A stretch of DNA of 64,000 nt. Origin: Mytilus edulis. Lineage: Eukaryota. Both the position numbers and the translations under genes were made by a program. Location: positions 99,014,001 through 99,078,000 of the forward strand of contig NC_092345.1 in the NCBI RefSeq assembly GCF_963676685.1. The letters are read 5' to 3'. Below, piece after piece: positions 1 through 13,317 of the stretch (position 1 is the stretch's first letter; every line of letters starts with the position of its first letter). The notes beneath the pieces were generated by a model that made no database searches, was not told where the DNA came from, and saw nothing but the letters and a program-made list of their open reading frames with translations.

Positions 1-186
1 CCTGACGATACGTAGTCAGACATATCTCCTGACGATACGTAATGAGACTTCTCTCCTGACGATACGTAATCAGACTTTTCTCCTGACGATACGTAATCAG
101 ACTTCTCTCCTGACGATACATTATCAGACCTCATTCTATAGACGATACATTATCAGACCTCATCCTATAGACGATACATTATCAGA
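1..186. repeat. 27-bp tandem repeat switching to a related 29-bp unit
   Basis: Units cctgacgatac(a/g)taatcagacttctct, then gacgatacattatcagacctcatcctata. Confidence 0.95.
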
Positions 187-545
187 GTCGTACTAGTGGT
201 TCTGTACATACTATGCACGGCCATGACAATGAACATATATATAAAACGATGAGGACGAAGCTCATAAACTGTCAATGTACCGACATAAATTCAACTAGGT
301 TTTCAAAAAACCGTAACATTTATATTGGTATGTCATTTTCGTCGTCGTTGTCATCGTCGGTTAAAACAATAATTATTGGAGTACAAGTGTATGGATCTCT
401 ATGAAACTGTACCACAAGGTTCCATACTACTAAAGGAAGGTTAATATTAATTCGGAAGGTTATCGTTCTAACTGTTTAGGAATTTGGGACCAAAACAAGA
501 TTTTTTTCGTTTCATAACAATAACTTGATGTGGACAAATATATGA

Positions 546-696
546 ATCTCTCCTGACGATACATAATCAGACTTCTCTCTTCTCTCCTGACGATACATAA
601 TTAGACTTCTCTCCTGACGATACATAATCCGACTTCTCTCCTGACGATACATAATTAGACTTCTCTCCTGACAATACATAATCAGACATCTCTCCT
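546..696. repeat. 27-bp tandem repeat (left flank of LINE insertion)
   Basis: Same 27-bp unit, about 5 copies. Confidence 0.9.
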
Positions 697-3600
697 ATAA
701 TAATAATAATAATAATATCTTTATTTAGAGAGAGTAACTCATTTGGATTACACCAATTTTCAATAAGGCTCTCTTAATACAATAATAATTACATTACAAA
801 TAAACAATGCATCAATAATAATAAATTAAATAAAGATTATGTACAATTTAAAATACAATAAACAATTATGATATGGCATTACAGTAAAAATATGATGGTA
901 ATGTTAAAAGTACATAGATTTGTATTTATGTTTAAATTCGGATACTGTATTTGATTTTTTTTATTGAATTAGGAAGAGCATTCCACACTTTTGGTCCATT
1001 GTACGAGAAACTAGACTTATACAACTCTGTATTTGGTTTTGGAATAATAAAATTATCTGAGGATGAAAATCTCGTATTATATTTTTGGTTTGCAGAAGCT
1101 GATACAATAAGACTGGACATATATTCTGGAGCTAAGCCATGTTTTGCCTTATACATTAGTAATGATTTGTGATAAAGTATTCTTTGTGTGATTGGCACAA
1201 TGTTACATTCGTGAAATAATTCTCTTGAAGGTTTGGTGTAATCATGTTCGTCTAAAATTATTCTTGCTGCCCTTTTTTGCAGTTTTAGTAAACTATCTAA
1301 TAGAAAGTTATTACAGTTTCCCCATATTGAACAACAATAATCTAAGTGAGGTAAAACGTAAGCGTTATAGTACATTTGTCTAGCTTTATGATTTAGATAT
1401 TTCTTTATCCTTTTTAGTAAAGCTAAAGAAGAGTTAACTTTTTTGATTATATAATCAATATGAGAAGACCAAGATAGAGATGCATCAATAAAAACACCTA
1501 GAACTTTTTCACATGTACTTTCTATAATTTGTTGTCCATTTAAAGCAAGATTAATGTTTTCATTTGATGTAACGGAAAGCTTTTGTTTAGATCCAATGCA
1601 TATAGCTTTCGTTTTAGATACATTTACAGCCATCTTATTGTCATCACACCAGCGAAAAATATCTTGTAAAACCGTATTAAGTTTTTGACTGATGCAACTT
1701 TTGTTTTGTCCAATGACTGATATGGTGCTATCATCAGCAAATAAATCGGTGTTATGATTAGGATTAGACAAAGGAAGATCATTAATAAAAATTAAAAACA
1801 ACACCGGTCCTAATACGGGTCCTTGAGGTACACCCGTTTTTTGTTTTTGTACGTCTGAAAATGTATTTGAAATAGATACTTTCTGATATCTGTCAGCCAA
1901 ATATGATGTAAACCAACGTAATGAAGTATAAGCTAATTTGTATTTGTTTAATTTTTGAATAAGCAGTTCATGATTGAGAAGATCAAAGGCTTTTGCTAGA
2001 TCTAGAAATACTGCTCCAACAAGATCGCCATCATCAATGGCTTTAAGCCATTTATCTATTAAAGCTGTTAAAGCAGTTTGACAAGAATGGTTTGCACGAA
2101 AGCCTGACTGCATTCTATACAATAACTTGTATTTATTAAGATATTTTACTAAGTGTGTTTTCACATGTTTTTCAAGGATTTTAGAAATGAGTGGTAAAAT
2201 TACAATTGGTCTATAATTAAAAACATCCTGTTTTGAGCCTTTGTTCTTATAAACTGGTATGACTTTTGCCAGTTTAAATGAGGATGGAAAAATACATGTT
2301 TTGATACTCAAATTAAAAATATGACAAAGTGGTAGTGAAATAGCATGAGAAGACATCTTTAAAAATTTTGCACTTATGGTATCAAGGCCTGTTGCTTTTG
2401 ATTCATCTAGTGCTTTTAGTTGTAAACACACAAAATCATTACTCATAAGTGGTATAGAAAAATACACGTCATCTGGTACATGACCCGATATAAAATCACC
2501 AAGTTTGTTAAAACAGCTACTAGAATTGTCGATGTTTTGATCTATATTAAGATTATCTGTGATATTTGTGAAATAAGCATTAAAAACATCAGCAATGCCT
2601 TTTGGTTCTAAAATTTCCTTTTTGTTACAATCACTTATGATTTTTATACTGGTATGATTGTCGGTACCGCTGACAGTATGTAGGTGCTTCCATAATTTAC
2701 TGCTGTTGTTCTTTTTTTGTTCTATGATATTGGTATAATAATTTTGTTTAGAGTTTTCGATGAGATATTTGACTTTATTTCTCCAAAGTCTATAACTATA
2801 CATATCTTTTTTCTTATGATAAAAATCACGTTTTCTCATGCTATCTAGAATTTCATCATCCATCCACTCATTTTGATACAAACGTTTTACTCTCTTTTTA
2901 ATGAGTGGAGCATGATGATTTAATACTTTAGTAAAAATATTCAAAAAAGACAACAGTGCTTCTTCGGGGTCATCAATTTCTAATACACAATTAAATGAAC
3001 ACTGTGATATGTCATTGACAAAATCATTTTCATTAAAATGTTTAGTAGATCTGAACGTAATATATTCATGAATTTTCTTTTTCGATTTTAACCCTCTTTT
3101 GTGAGAAATGCATACTGGATAATGGTCACTGATAGAATACTTCGGAACAGATATAAAATGAATATTATGTGGTTCATTGCTATAAATATGGTCTACCAAA
3201 GAGGAAGATGTTTGTGTGACTCGAGTAGGAACTGAGACTATTTGAGACAAGTTAAAAATGTTTTTTAAATGTGACCATTTAGCTGGAATCTTTCTCGACG
3301 ACAAATTAATATTAAAGTCACCCAAAATAATCATTTCCTTATCTTCAATATCGACATTTGTTAACATTAATTCAAATTTTGTAACCCACTCTGCATTACT
3401 TTTTGGTGGTCTATAAATGTTACCAATTAATATAGGTTTTTGATGAACAAAAATAATTTCGATCCACATTGATTCTATATCATCATTTTCCAAATCATGT
3501 CGTCTTATTGTGGTTAACATGTTAGAAATATAAATTAAAAACCCACCGCCAGATTTTCCAATTCTGTCTTTTCTGTTTGTATCATAACCCTTAATATCTA

Positions 3601-3958
3601 TTTCTTTGTTTTGGACAGAATCTGACAAAAATGTTTCACTTAAACACAGCACATCTGTGTTAGATTTTGATAGCAAATATTTAATTTCAGAAAACTTTGG
3701 CAATATATGATTGATGTTTAAGTGACATATATTAAGTGACTTGTGTGGAAATATAAAAGGGTTTGTAAATGGAGATGATTTGGAATTAGATGATAGAATA
3801 TGTGTTGCAGTACATAAATACAAAATAACAATACTGACAATATTTCCTAAAATAGAATTACATGTTCTGGTAGTGGAAAAGTTATTGGTTAAATTTACCT
3901 CCAGTACGTTTGACTGGACACACTTTGTTCTTGAGTTGTTGTGTTGTTGAATGGTATA
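697..3958 (-). mobile_element. CR1/L2-group non-LTR retrotransposon, ORF2 essentially complete, no ORF1 seen
   Basis: APE+RT ORF; minus-strand AATAAA followed by a (TAT)n tail at 697-716; satellite on both sides. Confidence 0.92.
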
Positions 3959-4039
3959 AATCAGACTTCTCTCCTCACGATACATAATCGGACTTCTCTC
4001 CTGACGATACATAACCAGACTGCTCTCCGGACGATACAT
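932..4039 (-). CDS. LINE ORF2: APE endonuclease + reverse transcriptase (the called start lies in the flanking satellite; last residues frameshifted)
   Basis: APE motifs HLNI, LSETFL, YRPP, GDFN, PTR, SDH; RT motifs YRPI, QSGFR, FLDLAKAFD, GVPQG, FADD; C-terminal YCCSIW and LQKRAARII. Confidence 0.93.
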   Translation of the reverse strand: MYRPESSLVMYRQERSPIMYREERSLIYTIQQHNNSRTKCVQSNVLEVNLTNNFSTTRTCNSILGNIVSIVILYLCTATHILSSNSKSSPFTNPFIFPHKSLNICHLNINHILPKFSEIKYLLSKSNTDVLCLSETFLSDSVQNKEIDIKGYDTNRKDRIGKSGGGFLIYISNMLTTIRRHDLENDDIESMWIEIIFVHQKPILIGNIYRPPKSNAEWVTKFELMLTNVDIEDKEMIILGDFNINLSSRKIPAKWSHLKNIFNLSQIVSVPTRVTQTSSSLVDHIYSNEPHNIHFISVPKYSISDHYPVCISHKRGLKSKKKIHEYITFRSTKHFNENDFVNDISQCSFNCVLEIDDPEEALLSFLNIFTKVLNHHAPLIKKRVKRLYQNEWMDDEILDSMRKRDFYHKKKDMYSYRLWRNKVKYLIENSKQNYYTNIIEQKKNNSSKLWKHLHTVSGTDNHTSIKIISDCNKKEILEPKGIADVFNAYFTNITDNLNIDQNIDNSSSCFNKLGDFISGHVPDDVYFSIPLMSNDFVCLQLKALDESKATGLDTISAKFLKMSSHAISLPLCHIFNLSIKTCIFPSSFKLAKVIPVYKNKGSKQDVFNYRPIVILPLISKILEKHVKTHLVKYLNKYKLLYRMQSGFRANHSCQTALTALIDKWLKAIDDGDLVGAVFLDLAKAFDLLNHELLIQKLNKYKLAYTSLRWFTSYLADRYQKVSISNTFSDVQKQKTGVPQGPVLGPVLFLIFINDLPLSNPNHNTDLFADDSTISVIGQNKSCISQKLNTVLQDIFRWCDDNKMAVNVSKTKAICIGSKQKLSVTSNENINLALNGQQIIESTCEKVLGVFIDASLSWSSHIDYIIKKVNSSLALLKRIKKYLNHKARQMYYNAYVLPHLDYCCSIWGNCNNFLLDSLLKLQKRAARIILDEHDYTKPSRELFHECNIVPITQRILYHKSLLMYKAKHGLAPEYMSSLIVSASANQKYNTRFSSSDNFIIPKPNTELYKSSFSYNGPKVWNALPNSIKKIKYSIRI

Positions 4040-5356
4040 AATCAGACTTCTCTCATAACGTTACATAATCCGACTTTATCCGTGACGATACATAATCAGA
4101 CTTCTCTCCTGACGATACATAATCAGACTTCTCTCATAACGTTACATAATCAGACTTCTCTCCTGACAATATATAATCAGACTTCTCTCCTGACGATACA
4201 TAATCAGATATTTCTCCTGACGATACATAATCAGACTTCTCTCCTGACGATAAGTAACCAGACTTCTTTCCTGACGATACGTGATCAGACATCTCTCCTG
4301 ACGATACATAATCAGACTTCTCTCCTGACGATACGTAGTCAGACATATCTCCTGACGATACGTAATGAGACTTCTCTCCTGACGATACGTAATCAGACTT
4401 CTCTCCTGACGATACATAATCAGACTTCTCTCCTGACGATACATAATCAGACTTCTCTCCTGACGATACGTAGTCAGACATATCTCCTGACGATACGTAA
4501 TGAGACTTCTCTCCTGACGATACGTAATCAGACTTCTCTCCTGACGATACGTAGTCAGACATATCTCCTGACGATACGTAATGAGACTTCTCTCCTGACG
4601 ATACGTAATCAGACTTTTCTCCTGACGATACGTAATCAGACTTCTCTCCTGACGATACATTATCAGACCTCATTCTATAGACGATACATTATCAGACCTC
4701 ATCCTATAGACGATACATTATCAGACCTCATCCTATAGACGATACATTATCAGACCTCATTCTAAAGACGATACATTATCAGACCTCATCCTATAGACGA
4801 TACATTATCAGACCTCATCCTATAGACGATACATTGTCAGACCTCATCCTATAGACGATACATTATCAGACCTCATTCTAAAGACGATACATTATCAGAC
4901 CTCATCCTATAGACGATACATTATCAGATCTCATCCTATAGACGATACATTATCAGATCTCATCCTATAGACGATACATTATCAGACCTCATCCTATAGA
5001 CGATACATTATCAGACCTCATCCTATAGACGATACATTATCAGATCTCATCCTATAGACGATACATTATCAGATCTCATCCTATAGACGATACATAATCA
5101 GACTACTCTCCTGATGATACATTATCAGACCTCATTCTATAGACGATACATTATCAGACCTCATTCTATAGACGATACATTATCAGACCTCATCCTATAG
5201 ACGATACATTATCAGACCTCATTCTATAGACGATACATTATCAGACCGATACATTATCAGACCTCATCCTATAGACGATACATTATCAGACCTCATCCTA
5301 TAGACGATACATTATCAGACCTCATCCTATAGACGATACACTATCAGACCTCATTA
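3959..5356. repeat. 27-bp array (to about 4660) followed by 29-bp array
   Basis: Direct reading; produces 9-aa-periodic spurious ORFs. Confidence 0.97.
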
Positions 5357-6339
5357 TAAACAATCCCCTTGACATTAAAAAAAAATCAGTCCATTCTCTT
5401 GACGATAATCTCACTTGCATGTTTTAAAACTATTCTTAAGTCAGTTATCATAATTTCCAGACATGGATCTAAAATTAAATTACGTGCAAGTGTCCATCCA
5501 ATTCTACGCATGCGTCTTTCAAACTTCATGTGTTAACAATCAAATTACATGGGGTTGTCAACAATCTATTTATGTTATATAAGACATGTTTGTTTCATTG
5601 ATCGTCAGTATTGTGCTATTGTTTCTTACGTGAATTTTATTGCTTTGGTTTAGTGCTTACTGGTGGTTTTTGCCTCTTTCTTTAGTTATGACATAAAACA
5701 TACGATATGTATCTATATTCTAAGCTGGAGTTACTGACACAGCGATGAATTGGCTCCGGTCCTAAGTTTTTTTTATGTTTCTGTTTAGTACCGTACTATT
5801 AAGACAAGGGCTGTCCACTTCAGCAATGACTTGAAGCTTTTTCGTTGTTAAAGGTGTTTCTTAGACATGCGTATAAATACATTATACAATTTACAGAAAA
5901 ATATTGCGTTCATGTCCTTGCCAAAAGCACTGAAAATATGACATCTGGTTAAACTTCTAGCGATAAAGTAAGCAAACATGGTAGATAACTATAGAAAAAA
6001 AATCCATACAAAGGATGTTCTTAAAAACGGAAAGACAGTTAAAAAAAGAAAATAGTACTCAAACAGGACCAAACACCTGATACGAAACGATGCAATGGCA
6101 GAAAATGTTTTATCTTCAACACGCCTACTACTTTATGTGTTTTGTTTTTCAATCAGGTGTTGCATATTAATTTTTTGATAACAAAGGTCCTAGAAAGGGA
6201 ACAAAGATTAATACAGTTGTCAAGGTTTGCTTCTTATTAGAAAACACTTTTAAAAATTGGAAACTTCTTCACAAAGCATGCAGACTTAAGACTAGTTTGA
6301 GATATGGTAATAAGGTTTTATACATCATAGCGCATATAA

Positions 6340-6568
6340 GGGACGACATCAAAAGTTCAATGAAGGATAAAAAACTTAATTCACATAGTTTTTTTCACTG
6401 ACCCCCCCCCCCCCCCCTTCTTAACTTAATTTGGGGAAAATTGATTGACCAATAGGGGTATATGTAAAATCGATTTTAGATTAACAAAACTTGCAGCAAT
6501 GTTGACCCCCCACCCCAAACTATTTGATTTAAGTTTTTTATCCTACATCGATCTTTTGATGTCGTCCC
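6340..6568. mobile_element. PIF/Harbinger-type (Tourist-like) MITE
   Basis: TIR gggacgacatcaaaag...cttttgatgtcgtccc, extending imperfectly about 55 bp; TAA on both sides (6337-6339, 6569-6571). Confidence 0.88.
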
Positions 6569-7502
6569 TAAATACAACAATATTGACAAGAACTGTTGAT
6601 ATTTATTTTAGAAGATTAAACTAAGCCAAATGGTACACGGACAGAAACTATATTTAGCTGATATTCGCCGATTCAAATAAATGTATAAGTAGAGATGTGA
6701 TATACATTAAGACGTAAAAGAAATGAATGACATTTAATAATAATCTTCCCTCTTACTTCACATCACGATGTAAAGGGAATGACGAGCTGTAGAAAATGCT
6801 ACAACGATGATCAAAAGGACCAAATATAAATGACCAGATCCCAAGGACAGCGCGTATGTATAGACCTGAGAGCGGACTGGAGGGTGTCTGCTCACTCAAA
6901 TGATGCGGATCAATGGAAGGGTATAGACATACCTTACTCATGTTTGGTTCATTTGTTTCCTATGCGTTTACCAGACGATAGAACTATCATTTATTAATGT
7001 ACAAGTTTATGAAATGTTTAATTTCGGCAATCGCTGACATCAATTATGTCTGAACATTTCCTTAATCAATCCGACTTGATGTCAAATACATGTAGAACTT
7101 TTTATAAAACACATATACCCTCGGATGCCTCAAATATAAAACAATGAGACATAATGATGTATTCTGGCGTCTACAAGTTATACATCATTAAAACTTTACC
7201 ATGTCCTAGGGCCTATTTTTTGTTTAAGACTTAACATGAATAATAAATAAACGTAAATCACTTATTCGTGAAGTAATGTTGGACGACATATACAAGAAAC
7301 GATTATTGTTAAGACATATATTACAAGTAACTTCTCATGCGACAGCCTATACTTCAAAAGGAGAATGTCAGGCAATTTACAAACGAGCTTCCTCAGATGG
7401 ACAATCATCTTCTCAAATCATTTTGATTCTAGAATACATATACATCAAAGTTCTTATACGAATTTAAAGGAAAAATTAGAATATTCAAATAGTTATTTTG
7501 AT

Positions 7503-7794
7503 ATAGATATAGGAAGATGTGGTTTGAGTGCCAATGAGACAACTCTCCATCCAAATTACAATTTATAAAAGTAAACCTCCATCCAAATTACAATTTATAA
7601 AAGTAAACCATTATAGGTCAATGTACGGCCTTCAACACGGAGCCTTGGCTATAACAAGCTATAAAGGACCCCAAAATTACTAGTGTAAAACCATTCAAAC
7701 GGGAAAACCAATGGTCTAATTTATATAAAAAAACGAGAAACGAGAAACAATTATAAATTACATAAACAAACGACAACTACTGTACATCAGATTC
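7503..7794 (-). mobile_element. Short non-autonomous retroelement (family B), 5'-truncated
   Basis: Reverse-complement match to 26935-27200; small internal duplication at about 7545-7610. Confidence 0.8.
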
Positions 7795-8816
7795 ATATTA
7801 TTGATATGTTCATTTCATTTGTATATTTGAAATTAGAAAAAAAGTGACATTCATACTAAGCCTTAATAGACCGACATAGTAGAATTGTAAAGTTTTCCAA
7901 TTATCCGAATTTGATAGGAAGTTTTTATAAGAACAATGTGTTATTTGTCTATCCATGTATCAAACATCAGATGATGGCTGTGAATAGTAATAAAAATTAG
8001 TTTTACACACCAAAACTTAAGCGTTTGTCCAAACTCAAATGCCTCGTCGTCGGTTCAGTATCGTTTGTTCTTTTTATGGAAGTTCGTGTAGGTTGCATAT
8101 TTTAATTCTTTCATAACTTATCTTTACTCCCGATGTCTAACGGACGAGCAAGTTGTGTCGACACGTCTGTATGTTTATTTTTTCTTACTAAAAAACCAAC
8201 CCCATTTGAAGTTAAATGATTTCTCCCTAACCCTTGTAGTAGTTGTTTGTGCTTAGTTCTTTTGGTTGTTTAACTGCTGTCCACATGCAGCTTCTCATAA
8301 GTTAAACGTTGATATCATCATCAGCGATTTTATGTGTTATTAATATTGTGTTATTGGTGTTGCTGTAGCTTTCATTGTCATTTGTTAAACTATTTTCTCT
8401 CCGGAATTTCTAAAGATAGACCTAAAGAAATAAGTCTGATATAGTAGACTGGAAACTGGGAGGGGCTTCTGAAAATGACAAGCTTCCCTAGCTCCTAATT
8501 ATACGACAGTGGTCTGAATTAATTTAATTTGTAAACTGAACGATGAAACTGAGAATGTCGTAAAATGCCTTCCCTTTTATTTTTAACGAGTATAGTTCAT
8601 AGTCTAAAGAAAATATCAAGGAAACCGGTTTCTTTTTTTTTGCCCAGTCAAATGTACTTCTTATACTTTGGAATGGAGCAGCATAATGTTTAATTAAAAA
8701 AAAAATGCTTATTGTCATTTGAAGATACGGACAAAACTTGTTTTTGTATTTACTATCAGCATCCAAAGTTGGTTATATTTGAAGCGTATTTCAGACTGAA
8801 ACCAAATAAATTATAT

Positions 8817-9110
8817 TATTGCATAGCAATATAATATTTCCCACAGAAAGTAACCAAAAGTTAGCGTGCAATAAATCCAATATTGCACTCGTGCAATAAA
8901 TCTTCAAAAATTTATGACGTCATCAACGACAAAATCTTTGTTTAAACCAATTTTTACTTTCAAATATTATATTGCTATACACTAAAAGGGTTATTGCATG
9001 AATATTGGGGAATATTTATTGTCCCTCGTAGAACATATAGTGCACTCACAAGCTCGTGCAATATAAAATTCTACTCGGAACAATATTCCCAAATATTCAT
9101 GCAATAATCC
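8817..9110. mobile_element. Foldback/MITE-like element
   Basis: Inverted repeats ttattgcatgaatatt(g)gggaatatt (about 8991) / aatattcccaaatattcatgcaataa (about 9082); second pair at about 8826/8962. Confidence 0.55.
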
Positions 9111-9559
9111 TATACTACAGTACTCAACTGTATATGCAGCTGTATATATATTATCAACGATTCCACATGACACTGAGCGAGTTCTGGGCTTTTTACACCG
9201 CAAAATCGTTCTAAATATCATGATTAAAACTTGTTTTAGGCGTTTAATTTTAACAGAAAAAACATGTCATGATATAAATAATTGATGGTCGATATTTATA
9301 TTTATGCATAAATTTACGTATAGAATCAGAAGGATTTGAAAATTTACACGTAACTTGGATTAAAACATTCATTTCCTTGTCTAATGGGACGAAAATTTCC
9401 TCAGAATAACTCCCACTTATCAAACAGTCATATTTACCTATGACCCTGTCTTCGGGATTTTTCCTGTTGGGGCAGTGGCACTTCTTCATTTCTCTCATCG
9501 GCAAGAAAAATAAATAAAATTTCATTTTTCAAACATATATTTTTTTCTTCTGGCCTCCC

Positions 9560-10475
9560 TTCATAGTCAATAATGCTGTATTCTCTGAATAAGGTTTATT
9601 CCAAGTTTCATTGTTAGCCCTTAAAAATGCAATTAATTTTTGACTTCATATCATTAATATGGACAGTTAGAAGTTAGAGTATGGTAAAGAAAGCATACAA
9701 TGAAAACTTAAACTTTTCAAATGGTTTTTGTAGTAAATTAAAAGTGTTATTAGGTAAACTTGGTTTTCAGCATGTCTGGGAAAATCAAAATACTATGTCA
9801 AAGAAAAAAAATGCTTTTTTCATTTCAAAAGAAATAAGAAGAGGAGTTCATTAAATACTGGAAACAAGCTCTTTTAGTGACTCTAATAAAGATAGTCATG
9901 GTAATAAACTAAGAAAATATCAAAAATAATTTTGAATTAGAAAAATATCTTCTACTAGATATACTAGAACATCTTTAGAACAGAGAATTTGTCCAATTTG
10001 CAAGGATGGAATTGAAGATAAGTTCCATTTCCTCATTGAATGTAGTCTTCTTTTGTCATCTTTTGTTAAAATGTCTGATCAAGATAAGTTTAGTTCATTT
10101 TGAAAAGTAATCATACGGACATTAGTACTGTATGTGTAGCTGGGATAAGCGATATGTATGATTTGAACATTCATTTAAAGCAAACATAGTGTTTCTAAGA
10201 GCTTTTATAGTATTGAAGCTTATTGTAATATCTTGAATTAACAATATAGTATGAATAACACCTCCACGCAAAGTAGATATTAAATATGTATCTCTTATCA
10301 TTGAGAAAATATGTTTTTTGGTTTTTTTGTTGTTTTTTTGTTTGTTTATTTTTGTATTTGTATTTTGAAAATGTCAGCTGGTATCATTTCTAATCAATTG
10401 TATCTGATTTTATGCCCTTTATGGGCCCTGTAATTTGGAAATAAAAATATTCTATTCTATTCTTTTCTATTCTAT
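9560..10475 (+). mobile_element. Degraded 3' end of a LINE with C-terminal CCHC finger
   Basis: About 9985-10043 translates RICPICKDGIEDKFHFLIEC; AATAAA plus (TATTC)n tail at 10440-10475; left boundary approximate. Confidence 0.65.
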
Positions 10476-13317
10476 AGGAATAAACACCAATAAAATTATT
10501 TGATTTGATTTGATTTGATTTATTTGATATCACAATTATCGTCTGCATTGTCTATAGATTTCCCGCCAAAGATATATATGTTGGGATTATTTTTCTTTTA
10601 TTAAAAAGTTTTTAATGCATGTAAATTTTGCAATCTAAACATAAATGTTCTTAATCAATAAAATCTGTCTTTGAGAAATTCGAGACATACTCTTTAACTT
10701 TTTAATATAATAATTGTTTTTAGCATTTGGTTTCTTCATTAAAACATTATTAAAGGTACTAAACATTGAACTGTTGAAGTGATGTCATACCTTCAGAGTA
10801 TAAGAAACATTACGTCTCTCGATGACTGACATCTAGATAAATAACATGCAATTTCAAGATATATTTCTATGTGAAAATATAATTTTAGTGGAAACAATTT
10901 TGGTATCACATGTTTATCCATGGTAAAAGCATATGCTACAGAACAAATTGGAATTACATAGGACTAGTATCGAAGTAGTACACATGAGAATCCAATCTTT
11001 AATGGTAGAATTTTGAACATCTAACGCCACGTGTCTAGCGCTTAGGATAATGATAACTACACCAAGTTCGTGATTGTATTGTATTATATTTATTATTCAT
11101 TAGTTTAATTCTAATTCTATATCGTACTCAACTGAATATGTTGGTAAATAAAATGTGTGAACTTATCAATACCTTATTACAAAACAAATCTGACATAATG
11201 CACTTGTGAAACTGACAAAAACTTTCTTTAATTTCTTTTTAACTGGTTTATCTTTCTCAACATTTTCTAGTATTTTGTTTATGGTCTTTTCTTGAAAAAG
11301 CAACGTTTCGAACTTTTACGACATTTCCGAGACCGATGCGGAGTCAATGATATTATCACCAAGAACACAGACTGTTTATGAATAATGTTGTTTGAAATAT
11401 TATTCTTCGATAAATATTTATCACTTTGAAATTCAACAATCTATCAGCCTTAATTTTGATTCCAATACAGAGCATAATTCTTAATAATTTTTTTGCAAGG
11501 GATTGGTTTTAACTCATGATCGGTACTTCCTCACTTTGTTGCCCTTAAATCACGAACTGTAAATGCATCGTGTCTATATAAGTTGCTGGACTCTTTAAGA
11601 GTGTCGAGAATCGTCTTTCATATGATTGCTGTCTGGCTGCACTGCAGAGCAACATTACCCCTCCCCCCAAGAAAAAAACAATAGTCGACAAAACATGTCA
11701 TGTTACTTGTCTACAAGAACTTCAACAAAGTTTTAAACTAAGTCACTAGGTTTTATTTATGTCATAAGCAAACACGTTTTCTTTTTGAAAATGTACGATC
11801 TTCTGTAATAGGGAAACATTTAATAATAAAGCTTCACTAATGCATAACCACGGTAAACCAGGTAAAATGTAACCTGGAAGAAAGCTTTTATTTTTGACCA
11901 GCGAATTAGGTCTTATTGAGTAAATTACAAACATAGTATAACATAGACGTATAACGTTAGTTATGATTATCCGTCAAAACATTTCTCATCACGACTGAAT
12001 GGACAGACCAAGAAGGCGCCACATCTATCAATCCTAGAAATGATCAACACGAAAATTTAATCCCATCAATGTCATTTGTTAATTATTCTGATATGATACA
12101 TATTAATAATTAACATAACCCGTTTCTGGCATCACCGTGAACATGGTGGTAAACGGAAATGTACTATTGCTATGTCTGTTTTGACACAAACTGGGGCGTT
12201 GTTACATGTGGCGTATAAATATGTTCCATGTTTATAGCCTGTTGGTCAATTTAACAATGTATATACATGGTTGAAGTTAACAGAACCATTCACGTTTTCG
12301 TTGTTGTTAGATATAAAGAAAACAAAACATTACTTACATAAGGACCGTGACTGAGTGTGACTGAAACAATACGATCGTAAATAGAACATAGACAGCAACA
12401 AAGAAAAATCAAGAAATATATAAAGTAAATAATTCCAAATATTTTAGAATCTTCCAAAGAACTAGCATATGGTATTTTTTTACACGGTTCTAAAGATATG
12501 AAGGGATTGATAAAAGTTTGAAACATTACTCGCAATATTAAATGTTTTTTTAACCACAAATACTTTTTATCAGAGGGACTCAAAAATATTAACCTTGTCT
12601 GCAGATTCGTTCACTCTTCAAATCATAGATTGGATGTTGAGCAACTATTGGTCGATTGATTTTCTAGTAAATGCTAATTTTGTTATTTTGATATTAATTA
12701 CAATTTAGTTTTCATTTACTTTAGAGTTCGTAGAGCTCTTACCAACCTTCATCAGGAACGTTATGAGCACCCCCCCCCCCCCTTTCCGCCCCAAAATAAA
12801 ATAAACAAATAATCAAAAGCATAATAACAAACAAATAAAATAAGTTTATTTGCATTTGTTTATAAGTTTTATAATTTGTCTGCATTTCTTTGCACCTGTC
12901 CAAACCAGGAATCAGATGTTAAGCAAATAAGTTGGGACTTCGGAGTCAGTGAAAGGATTAAGACTAAATTGAGGTTTAATACAGTTTTTAGACTACTTTT
13001 TGATACAAAGTTAATTGTGAATAATTTTGTTGTTTCTTTGTTAATTTTTAAAATTGAAAGGTTGGTATCGTAGTTTTTAGTAAAGCCTCCAAATTGGAGA
13101 TATGTTTAAGTAAATTAAAAGATTGATATTGGAGCATCTCAGATTCTGTGAAAACAGATACGAACAGATATTTTATAACCCAAACAATGTACGTATCCGA
13201 AATTTTTGTTTGAATTGATTGCTTTATCCTTTCTAATTATATTTGTTTTTTACCGGCATATGCATTCCCATTCCAGAGGACCTGAAAATATATACGGTTT
13301 TGGTTTGGTTTGCATTG

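Noticed and set aside
3941-4738. Overlapping repetitive ORFs on both strands
   Set aside because: 27-bp satellite artefacts
6753-6941. 62-aa ORF in a slightly GC-richer patch
   Set aside because: No recognisable domain or partner exons
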